Of a DNA stretch of 64,000 bases, positions 1 through 10,230 are shown one piece after another; the first letter of the stretch is position 1, and each line of letters opens with the position of its first letter. The stretch lies in assembly GCF_009914755.1 (NCBI RefSeq), contig NC_060933.1. One strand, written 5' to 3'. The stretch is from the human T2T-CHM13v2.0 reference genome, Homo sapiens. Both the position numbers and the translations under genes were made by a program. The notes under the pieces are model-generated. The model was not told the origin of the DNA. It saw only the letters and a program-made list of their open reading frames with translations, and searched no databases.

Positions 1-804
1 AGCTGCTGTATGTGAAAACCAAACGTAGAGTTTAAATTTCTTCTTGTAAACAAATTAATCCTAGTGCAGTTCTGTGCTACACATTTTTAGCAATGAGTAA
101 TGCAGACATCTTCTGGTGCAGGCCAGTACAATAAGCTTCAAAGGTTATCTCAAGACCCTGTTGTTGGCTTGATGGTTTTACTTATAACCAGTTTCGATGT
201 TTACCTTTCACAGAATGTCTTATTTGACAGCTTTAGATGACCAATTTAACCAGGCTTATATATGGCGCCAAATACTGGTTTCACGGGAAAGAAGGTCTGA
301 TCCTCTTTATGAGCATTTCTTCCTGCTTCCAAAGAATATGTTGTGAAATTAAAGAGGGTGAAGTTTAACTATGGTAGAAGTAGACTGCCAGTCCTTTTCT
401 GGTGTACCATTTTAAAAAAATACAGGCACATAACACTAGCCAAAGATTATACCTTGATTACATTCCCAAAAGGCAGATATGCTGCAAACATGCAGAGATT
501 TCATTTATTTTGTTTGGCACATGGGAACTACATTTTGTTCCTATTATCTGTGTGTTTCACTTTGCTGTGCAGATTTTCATCCAATTTTTTTCAGGGGAGG
601 GCATATACATTTGTAGGGCTGTATCTATCCAATTCTGCCTGTAACAAACACCCAAACATCCTAAAATATCAATTATAAGACAGACAAGTGTAATGTAAAA
701 CTCTGGAGAACATCAAAGAAAAATGGCCATGCATCTGCTCTTTAATGTTTTCCTACGATATATTAAAATAAAAACAAAGTTTCAGTCTCTTCACAAGAAG
801 TAAT
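1..804 (-). other. ZFAND5: ZFAND5 3'UTR (partial, continues beyond window)
   Basis: Directly follows the stop codon; AU-rich and repeat-free; AATAAA on the minus strand at 509-504 may be a proximal poly(A) signal. Confidence 0.85.
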
Positions 805-953
805 TTATATTCTCTGAATTTTTTCAGCCACAACAACTGGATTCTCTTTTCTGATTTTTGCTGCAGCTTCTGCTTTGTAATCATACGGACAGTTGTGCTT
901 GTCAGAGTAACGGTGAAGTCCACAAAACAAATTTCCACATCGGCAGTCAAACC
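805..953 (-). CDS. ZFAND5: ZFAND5 coding exon 5 (rest of AN1 finger, stop TAA at 807-805)
   Basis: tttgtacag|GG TTT GAC TGC CGA TGT...AGA ATA TAA; encodes [26 protein letters not shown]...KIQRI*. Confidence 0.98.
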
Positions 954-3900
954 CTGTACAAACGAAGAAGTAGAGTCATTTGAGAACTTGAGGCAATTAA
1001 AAGAAAAAAAAGCCTTAGTCACTATAGAAAAGGAACCAGATTTTCATTGCTTTGTAACATAAAAGACAGTGAACTCTTTTCTTCCACTTCCTGGTGATAA
1101 GACACAGTCAACTCTTACAGAGTCTATCACGTTAACCTGGAAAAGGAACTTTTAACTTCCTTTGACATGGTGAGAAATTCAAATAACTATGTTCAGTCTT
1201 TCCTTGCAAGGGCAATAGCGAAGTGTTTGGTAAGCCAAACCACGTGGAGAAAACAAAATGGGCTATCTGCCAGCTAATTTCTACCAGATGCTCTCCCTCT
1301 ATCGACTCCTGTAGATGCAACGCAGGATAAAATTTACACAGGCTCTGGAGTTAGGCTAAGCTGGATTCAAAACACAGTCCTACCATATCTTAAGTAATGC
1401 TTCCTCAAGTGAAAACAACCATCAAGGTCTGAGATTTGAAGGAGACAAGAAAAAAAGCACCAAGAACATTCCCTGCATAGCTCAAAGTAGGTGGCGCTTA
1501 CTGTTAGTTCAGTAACATTTTCCCTAGGTATACAAAAACTTTTTATCAATCTAATAAAATAAGAGGGCCTGAGTTAATAGTTTTATATGATTAGGAGACA
1601 AATGGAAGTAAAACCCAACTTCTTTCCACCCCAATACCACCTCCTCCACCTTTCCTAGACTACAGCTAGTCAGGCTTTTTTTTTTTTTTATGTGTAAGAC
1701 CAACTAGTCTCTTAGGGAGTGACCAAAAGCTCCTTGTTAACTGCAGAAGTAAAACATACATTGTCTTGTGTTTTGTAATACCTGTAAGACCAACTTTCTT
1801 TCTGCACATGAAACATCTGTTTTTCTTTGGTTTGGGCAATTCAGGAGCTTTTTCTTCACTCTGAGAAGTACTGGGCTGAGAAACTGATGGACTGGGCTGA
1901 GTGACAACTGAAAAGGACAAAAACACAAATTTGTCAAGCATTCACTGGCTAACATTTTTAAGTCAAAAAAGGAAGTATTTAAGAGAAACAGGAAGATGCC
2001 TGATAAAAATGTTTATAAGTATTCCTTGAAAATACAAGCTTTAAACAGAATCTTCCATTTTAACATCAGAACTTGATTCAAATCTGAGAAATTCCTGCCA
2101 ATCACCATACTACTTGCTTCTCTAATTTTGTAAAATGATCGCTTCACTCAAGAAATTCCTTTAAAACACTGGTAACAGCCAGTACTAAAAACAAAATCCT
2201 AATTCTGTTTTAAAGAGCTGGGAGATGTTAATCATATGCTCAGTTTTTCCACGTTATAATTTCCTAAATGCAAACTTTTCAATCAGGGCAGTTCAAATTC
2301 ATTACATCACAGTAAATAACAGTAGCCAACTTTGATTTTATGCTTATAGGAAAAAAAATCCTGTAGATATAAAAACAGCAAATTTTGACAAATAAAACTC
2401 AAACCATTCATCCCTAAATCAACGTCAGATCCAAAAATTCCAAAACAATCATTTTACCATTTTCACAGGTGCACTAAACATCATAGGAAGACTTGAAAGA
2501 TTTTTTTAAACCTTGGTTTTAAAAACAGATCGGCAAACAGTCTTTAGAAACTACTCGAGAAGTATTGATTTTAAACTATTAAGGATTCCACAGGCAGAAC
2601 AAGAATCTTATCTAAAATGGGCATCCACTATCGACAGAGATAGCATCTACAAACAGTCCCACCGTTTCTCCACCTAAAAAGGCTTTAAGTTTCAGTGTAC
2701 ACATGGCATCAATAAAATTTCTCACAATGAACAAAAAATACATTACTGTACTAAAGCCCACACTGCCACTAGTTCTTTAACACAAAAATAACAAAATTTA
2801 TATCTACTTACATATAATTCAACTACACCTGAAACACTATAAACTCAGGTTTTAATATTAATCCAAATGTAACAATAGCAAATTTATGTATGCAATGCTG
2901 AAATTACTGCCCAAATATGCCAGCACCAATGCTATTAGCATATAGACAAGCTCCTACAACAAGCTGATTGATTTAATGGCAATTTTCTCTAAAACTCTGC
3001 CCAAATTTATAATTCAATTGCATTAGCAATGAATCTACTGGGAGAAATAGCCTAATATTAGACTAAACGAACAATATTCTACCTACTGCTACTGTGACAA
3101 CATTAATGTTTATCCTGATGTCATGAGGATAAAGAATAATCTAGGGGAATAGTTGTATGGGGTAGAGGGAGGGTGTCAGCCATTTCTTTGGCCACATCTG
3201 AAAAATGAACTACGGCTCCTGAGACAAGGGAAGAAGGGGGAATAAGAAAATGACACAGAAAAGGCAAATAGCAGTGAATCACAGAATGCCTACTAAGTAA
3301 TAATAAATGCAGACTAGCTCTAACCCAAGACTATTCTTCCAAGGTCAGAGTAATTTTGTATTTAAAAACCAAAACCAAAAACAAAAACCCAAACAAAGGC
3401 ATCACGGGCAAACTAATGTGGTCAGTTTAAGGATGGAGCTCATTTCAAAATGCCAAATATAGATTCACCTGCCAAACTTGAGAATTTGGCCTTAACTTTG
3501 TAAGATTAATACAATAAACAAACTTGACTGCTGTTAGCAAAAGCCAGCCTCCAAAGCAGACTGTATAACCACTGACAGTATTTTTTCACAACAGAAGTTT
3601 TATATTGCATTTAATCAGCACTCTGCCAAAAAAGAACAAATTGATAAAATAAGCTACGTGCACTATATAAAGCACAGAAATCTTTTTGTTCTAGGGCCTA
3701 GTACAGGTAATTCAAGTCAGTCTTCTTCCACCATCAGGGCACTTCTGGTTGTGCTATATAAGCAAAGTTTCCAAAGTCACCATATCTCATGAAAACCAAA
3801 ATGCCTTTCCACACTGAGTTTCAAACTCCCACAAAATATATGATAGGAATATTGTACTTCAAATAAGTTCTAGTGTTCAAATATGTTGTTCTACTTAAAA

Positions 3901-5634
3901 GTTTTCCACAACATTGACAATATCAAAACTAAAGTTACTGCTTTTGGTTATAAAATTATTCCTTATACCCTTGAAATTTAACTTCATCAAGTTTTTAACA
4001 CATCCAATCTCCAGATTACAGACTTTGCCCATTATGCACAAGGGTAGTGCAGGGGATGAGCAGAGAAGAAACTGAGAATAAATATGACTATTTTACACTT
4101 CAAGATACTCATACTCTTCAAGATACTTTTAAAGATAGTAGTTCTTTGCTTGGCCTATATTTTATGGCTCTCCCTCCTCTTTGGTCCTTCAATGGGAAGG
4201 AAAGAATCCCCCCACCAGCCATTTCTTGCACTATCAAATTCAGAACTGAACAAGTATTAAATGAAAAACATACCTGGCTCTGACACCTCTGTTTTCGGGG
4301 TAGTTATTTTGTCCTCTCTTGAAATGCTCATTTCTGTCATTTGCTGAGTTACAGGCAAGGCAGCCACAGGCACATTTCTATTTGAGTTCAAGCAAACAAT
4401 TTTTAAAGGTGTTAAGGGTACTTCTTGAGACAATGAATAAGTTGTCAGTTCAACTTTAAATTATAGAATATTTCCAAAATGAGCAAATGGAGCTAGATAA
4501 TCTAAAGTTTAAAAAAAAATTGGATGCCCAGCACAAATGGTTGAGAAAAAAGTTTGATAAATGGCTCATGAACTCGAGGCTGCATTTTGTATAGGTTACC
4601 ATATTTTACAACCAGCTAGGGATTTTTAGCTGTGCCTGTAACTTGTTTAAGGGCAAAAGGGCAGCTCTGCCAAAACACCTTGTCTGGCCCAATAATATTC
4701 TACAGTCTCACTCGACAATCCCTAAACCTCAATTACAAAGAAATAAAAAAGCACAGCATTTCCAACACAGTATCCTTGAGGGGGTTAGGGAGTCAGGTGT
4801 AAGTAACACACATCTTTACTCAATGACTTAAGAGTCATGTATTAAAAGACACTGAAATCCTCGATTGCAAAGCCAAGGGTATCTATTAACTTATTATTGG
4901 ACCAGTACAGACATCTTGATTTCTTCTTTGTAATATCATAAAAACTCTGAAACGTTCAATCTTACCTTGATTTTTCAGATGTGCTGCCAGCAGCACCTTC
5001 ACAGTTGTTTAAGCTAGTGTCTGCTCTCTGTACAGATGCAGAATCTGAGGTAGGACTGTTGGAACCACTAGCTGTCCCTATTTAAAAAAAGGATTTGTAA
5101 GGAACCAATGAACACTACAAAAACTCACTTAGTATCAAGACGTAGTAATAAATACTTGCATTTAATTAGGTTAGTGATATAAGCATTCACTGTGCTGTAA
5201 TCCTATACTTGAGTATCCAAACAAAAAATATTAAAAAGTCAATCCAATGAACACAAGTGTGAAACAAAATAACCCCAAAAAAGAAAACTGAAAAGCTATA
5301 AGATGCTTGTAGATAGTCATTCATTCCTGATCAGTCATGTCAAGCACTTGGGCTGTTGCTTGAATTTCAAGCTCTTATCAGGTGTTCTCTCCATGTGCTT
5401 TCAGCATTCTCAGCCCCAATTCTTGGTTCTGCATTTCTGTCCACCAGTTCTTTCAAATGTGTTTTTCCTTGGAAATAACTTACCCATTGGGCTCATTCTG
5501 CCACTATTTTGCTGCCTCTGAAGATGTTCTTTGTAGCAAACTGAACACATTCCATTTGTCCTAGGATTTCCATAAAAGCCACATCCTGTGCTACACAGCA
5601 TGGGCCCCGGGGTCTGGTTAGTCTCCTGAGCCAT
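805..5634 (-). CDS. ZFAND5: ZFAND5 (AN1-type zinc finger protein 5 / ZNF216), spliced CDS of 5 exons, 213 aa
   Basis: Exons of 151+112+104+126+149 nt = 642 nt join in frame at GT-AG sites. They give [41 protein letters not shown]...[64 protein letters not shown], recognised as ZFAND5. Confidence 0.98.
1782..1907 (-). CDS. ZFAND5: ZFAND5 coding exon 4 (start of AN1 zinc finger)
   Basis: cttttcag|TT GTC ACT...CTT ACA G|gtatt; encodes [42 protein letters not shown] (seen in ORF 1666..1941). Confidence 0.98.
4274..4377 (-). CDS. ZFAND5: ZFAND5 coding exon 3
   Basis: tag|A AAT GTG...GAG CCA G|gtatg; encodes [34 protein letters not shown]. Confidence 0.97.
4966..5077 (-). CDS. ZFAND5: ZFAND5 coding exon 2 (Ser-rich linker)
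   Basis: ttttaaatag|GG ACA GCT...TCA AG|gtaag; encodes [38 protein letters not shown]; phases match neighbouring exons. Confidence 0.97.
5484..5634 (-). CDS. ZFAND5: ZFAND5 coding exon 1 (ATG; A20 zinc finger)
   Basis: ATG at 5634-5632; A20 motif [20 protein letters not shown]; donor ATG G|gtaagt; upstream acceptor tag/cag at 5646-5641. Confidence 0.98.
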
Positions 5635-8326
5635 ATTTTTCTGCTATAGACGAAACGAAATTTCAGAAATTAGTGTTATCACCAAAATATAGTCTAATAT
5701 AATCATCGGTATACCGTTGTAATTGCTACGCAAGTTTTAACAAAAGCCCAAATTCCGTTAATCATTAAAAAGGGTGGGCAGAGATAATTATCAATATTTT
5801 GTTGCCTTTATAAAAGCAAACTGTTTTAGGACCAAAAAAAAACCCAAAAAGAAATTTTATCAATTATTAGGGTATTTTTACCTATCACTATTCTTGGTTT
5901 CAATTTATGAAAAGGTCTGTTAGCTCTCAGGGTTATGTTTTAATCAATTTGGGAAACTGGTATCTTTAACTTTTCACTCTGCTGCACTACAGGCAGACCA
6001 TTTCAAATGTTTTTACTTAATTGGCTAATCACAATTATCACTGAGTCTTGATATTTATAGGTAGTTCTTTAAACTGGATGAATAAAGTTTTCTTAAAACA
6101 CCTGTACATATCTGGGCTTCATCAGTAATTTGACAAATCTGCTGAGGCAGAGCATCTGTACTTTTTAATGCTGAAACATCTTCATATAAGGCTGAAAAGA
6201 GAACTGGTAGCCCCTTCCTGCTACCCTGGCACCAACAAGTAAATCTCTAAGAATTTAGGGTCAGCTGGTTTACGAAACTCCTTTTACATTCTCCATTTGA
6301 AGTTTCAGAGTATGTCAAAGCCAGTGCCTAGGAACCTGCAATACACAAATTATGAACCAGATTTCTCAGCCAAAGGCACTATTAATTTTAACAAGTGCTT
6401 GTCTTCCTCATACCAGAAAATAATAAAACCGTTCCAAGCTCAAATTCAATGTATTAAAGTCAATATATACACATAACCTTTAGTAATGGTTAATATTCAA
6501 TGCTGGGTTACCAGAAAAAGCTTTACATAGCAAGCATTTGTTTCCAAGGAAGATTTGCTTTTCTAAAAGTCTTGTTAAAACGCTGTGCTAAATTATTAAT
6601 AAGTTTTCCTCTGGATGAGAAAATACATATTAAAGAAAAATTATTTTAAAATAAAGTTGTGGAGGGTTTTCATGTCATCTTAAACATGTATAAGCATATG
6701 TACAAAAAGCATATTTGAGAGCATTTGCTTAAAGGAAAATTCGTGTGCTGTAACTTGTGGTCAGTCATTTTTTCCAACTACATACTAGAATACACTTTTT
6801 AGTGAGTTATTAAAAAACGATGTTTTAACAAGTATTAACTACCAAAATTAGAAGATGGGAGAAGGGGACTAACCAATTTTGACCTGGCCAGACCCCTGGT
6901 AATTATTCCCCAAAACATTTTATCTTCCCTTTTGTAAGTAAAAGTGCACCATACAAATATTAAGACAATCTAGCTTGTGTGGAGTGACCAAGATCCACAA
7001 CTTACTTTTAACAACAGTATTAATTTAGTTGACACTGTCTCTTTAAATATTAACTGGAATTTAGCTGACTCATTTTGGAGCAGGGTAGTGTAAACATTTC
7101 AACATCACTTAGGAAGTTTATTAATAAACACTTTCAGCTGGGTTTTTAAATGAGCATAATAGGAGCAAAAAATGCTTTCAAATGATAAATATGTATGTAT
7201 TTGCATGCCCACCACGCACAAAATATGTGTGAATGTTTGCCCTATGCATGAAAGTTGGGTCACTCCTTAAAACCAGTTTAAGTATGCTAGCTTACATTTT
7301 CTACACTGAGGCCCAGTCTCATGTGACATTGGCTTTAAAGTTTAAGGCCAAGCGATCAACCTACCTAAGTAATTTTAGTTAATCTGATTCTTAAAATATT
7401 TGTTTTAGATAAAATGGAGGATACTCCATCTAAAGATTTCACACACTCAGAGATAACAAAGTATTCCAACTTTGCTTCAGAGAACATGTCTACCTTCATT
7501 TCATTATAAATAACTTTCAACTGCGAGACACACAAGAGGTACCAGGACATGAGTCTTCTACATGGGTTCCCATCTTTTAGATTTTTTTCCCCTAGAAAGC
7601 CAGCTTTTAAATGCCATCACATGTGCACAGCTTGCTTTAATATTTCTCAGAAGCTCAGATCACATGGGAGGGCGCTTCAGCCTGTCACAAGGCTGCAATG
7701 TGACAAGCTGAGCTGGATGGAGGCTCTCACATAAAGCCTAGTCAACAGGGGCCTCTGAAATCAGCTTCTATTTATATCTCAAAGCCTGCCAACTCCTACA
7801 CAACCCCAAGAACTAAGGATGCAGCGTTCATATATCTAACATAAGAAAACAAAAAAAGGGCTGCTAGTTTTTTCCTAATGTAGGAAAAACTACAGAACAA
7901 TCTCAATCTAGAAGATGAAAACATAGTCAAAGCTAAAATGGTCAAGGTTGTTGATAAAAAACTAAGCACAGTGGAGACAGTGTAAAAAAGAATCCTCATT
8001 TAGTGAGGATTTAGGGGATGAAGTGGGGGATGTGTGTTCCCATTAGGTATTGCATTCCCCTTGTATTTTAGAAAAAAATACCATTACTATTTATTGCCTT
8101 TAAAGTAATTAGCAACTTGAGCATGCACGTGTCAGCTCTATCAGGTATAGCTAGAATGCAGATTTTATAAAGTTTATGGCTTCCTCTAACTTACAGCTTA
8201 AAAAAACACCCGAGTGTAACTGAACAATTCTCCAATTCCAATTCTGAACAAAGAGCTTTTACACCTATGGAATACAGTTCTTTCAGGTGCACATGATGTG
8301 ATGAGATGGCATGAATTCCCACTCAC

Positions 8327-8463
8327 CTGGGAATGGAGACCTGAGTTCAAGTCTCTAGTCTGCCACTAAGTCAGTGACCTTGGGCAAGTCCTTACTTTCC
8401 AGATTTCAGTTCCCTCTTTGCCAAATGGAGTAGAATTGACTTTTAAAGGCTCCTTTTCAGGGC
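8327..8463 (-). other. ZFAND5: Predicted ZFAND5 5'UTR exon (137 nt), largely antisense MIR
   Basis: Strong acceptor ctcctgttttctatctcccag|GCC and consensus donor CCCAG|gtgagt; no AUG inside; body matches the MIR core on the + strand. Confidence 0.8.
8335..8425 (+). mobile_element. MIR SINE fragment
   Basis: agacctgagttcaagt...ctgccactaag...gtgaccttgggcaagtc...tcagttccctc...aaatggag resembles the MIR core. Confidence 0.8.
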
Positions 8464-9552
8464 CTGGGAGATAGAAAACAGGAGACAACTACAAAGAATC
8501 CTTAATTTTTTAGGGGGGTGTGGGGAAACATTTTAACAAAAAACTTCAAAGATAAAATTGCAGTATTTTCACCAACTGAGTTCTGAAAGCCTACTCTTTA
8601 AAAAAAATCCTAAAAATAAGGAATAAAATACATTCGTTTATGTTTTTAGAAGTCTGTATCTAAATCCCAGGTTTAAGAACGGGGATGTGTGACCTATATG
8701 TTCCTTTATCTTGGTATCTCCTTAGATGCTATCCCTTAGGAGACATTCAATCAATAAAGATAATCCGACCCTTCCCCGAAAACACACCTCCACGGAGTGC
8801 GTGGAAAGCGAGCAAAAAATTTCACATTCATCAGCCTAAATGCACCAAACAAAGGAGGTGTTCCATTTCCTCCATGAAAACGGATCTCAGGATAAAAACG
8901 CAGCGACGTCGAGAAGCCCAAAAGACGACGCCGAGAACCCCCGGCCCCATGTTCCAATGGATTTTGGAACAAGTTCGGGTCCCACTGATACCCCATCCCC
9001 CTCTAAGCAAAGGCCTCACTCAATAAAGCCCAACAGGGCCCTCTCCGAAAACCACTGAGTCATGCAGAACAGCAGCTCAGCAGGCCCGGCCAGCCCTTCG
9101 CCTGCAGGCCCCACGCGGATCCCCGACCCCCGACCCCCGACCCCGAACGGCTCCTCTTAGGGGAGAGCTAGGGGGGGCTGCAACGGGCAGGGGGCGCGGC
9201 CGCCGCCTCGGCCTCTTTGTTTCTCTGGGTCGTGGTGCCCACGCCGGGCGCCGCCGCGGAGGCGAGCGGCCTAGAGGCCGGCCCCGCAGAGGCGGCACGC
9301 CGTGCATTGTTTCCCGACCGTGCTGTGGAGCGAGCCAGGGACGCCGGGAGCCAGGTCTCGGGCCACGACGACAGGATGACGCCTCCGTCTTTGTGCTTCC
9401 TGGGCTGGCGGGCGGGCTCCCCTCCCCCGGACGCCGCCATCCGCGGCCTGCTCCGGCTTCGCCATTGGCCCGCGGCGCCCCGGTCCCTTCACTCCCGCCC
9501 CCGGCCCGGCAACAAGGAGCCCGGCTCCCACCCCCAGCCCCGTATCACTCAC

Positions 9553-10041
9553 CCTGCAGGGTCCCAAATGCGAAAGCCGGGTTCGCGCGCGAAGCCGGCA
9601 CGATGAGGCCGGGCCGAGGCCTCCGGGAAGGCTGAGCCGGGCGCCCTGGTGCCGCCGCCGCGGGCCGGGAGCGGGTCGGAGCAGCAGGCGGAGGTGGCGC
9701 CGCCGCCGCCGCGGGGTCTTCCTTTGTTCCTGCAGCAGCGTCGAGCGTGGCCGGGACACGCCGGAGCTCGGGAAGTGGGAGGAGGGAAGCGAGGGGGGGC
9801 CGAGGAGGAGGTGGAGGGAGGACCGGCGGCCGCAGCGGCTAACGCTGCTCGAGGCGCTCGCCTGTCGTCGCCTCACGCCTCCACAGGCCGCAGGTTGGGC
9901 GGACGAAGAGGGCGAGCGGACCGCGCGCCGCGAGGCCTGGGGCCGTAAGGGCCCGCTGATGGCGCTCTTCGCCGCTCCTGCCACCGCCGGGGAAGCTGCG
10001 CGGCTCCCGGGAGCGAGCGAGCCCGCGTAGGAGATGCACAC
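9553..10041 (-). other. ZFAND5: ZFAND5 GC-rich first exon (5' boundary/TSS uncertain)
   Basis: Consensus donor CAGG|gtgagt at 9553/9552 within the CpG island; promoter motifs lie immediately upstream; no AUG on the minus strand in this interval. Confidence 0.75.
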
Positions 10042-10104
10042 AGCTCCGCGTCCCGGCCGACTAACGCACTCGCCGCCCGGCGCCCGGGCTGTGAGGGAAA
10101 AGAG

Positions 10105-10230
10105 GGGGAGGGGGCGGGACCCGTGCGTCAGCGAAAACCCCGGCGGCGGCGGCGGCGGGGAGCGCGGTGACGTCGCGGGCCCAAGGCCACGCCCCCGGTG
10201 CCCTGTCAGTAGGTCCAGGAGGCGGGGCCG
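10105..10230. promoter_or_regulatory. Proximal promoter motifs: GC boxes, CRE-like sites, (CGG)6
   Basis: GGGGCGGG at 10111-10118, TGCGTCA at 10124-10130, (CGG)6 at 10141-10158, TGACGTCG at 10168-10175, GAGGCGGGGC at 10219-10228; no TATA box seen. Confidence 0.65.

Noticed and set aside
343-1022. ORFs at 343..678 (+), 402..644 (+) and 753..1022 (-)
   Set aside because: They are antisense to the 3'UTR or an alternative frame over the last exon, and they are short with no domain.
5410-5483. ORF 5410..5634 read-through tail (GKLFPRK...) as an A20-only isoform
   Set aside because: It is simple read-through past a strong gtaagt donor; nothing in the sequence supports a stable intron-retained product.
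7991-8011. 8-bp inverted repeat aatcctca/tgaggatt in an intron
   Set aside because: Too short to exceed chance in 64 kb.
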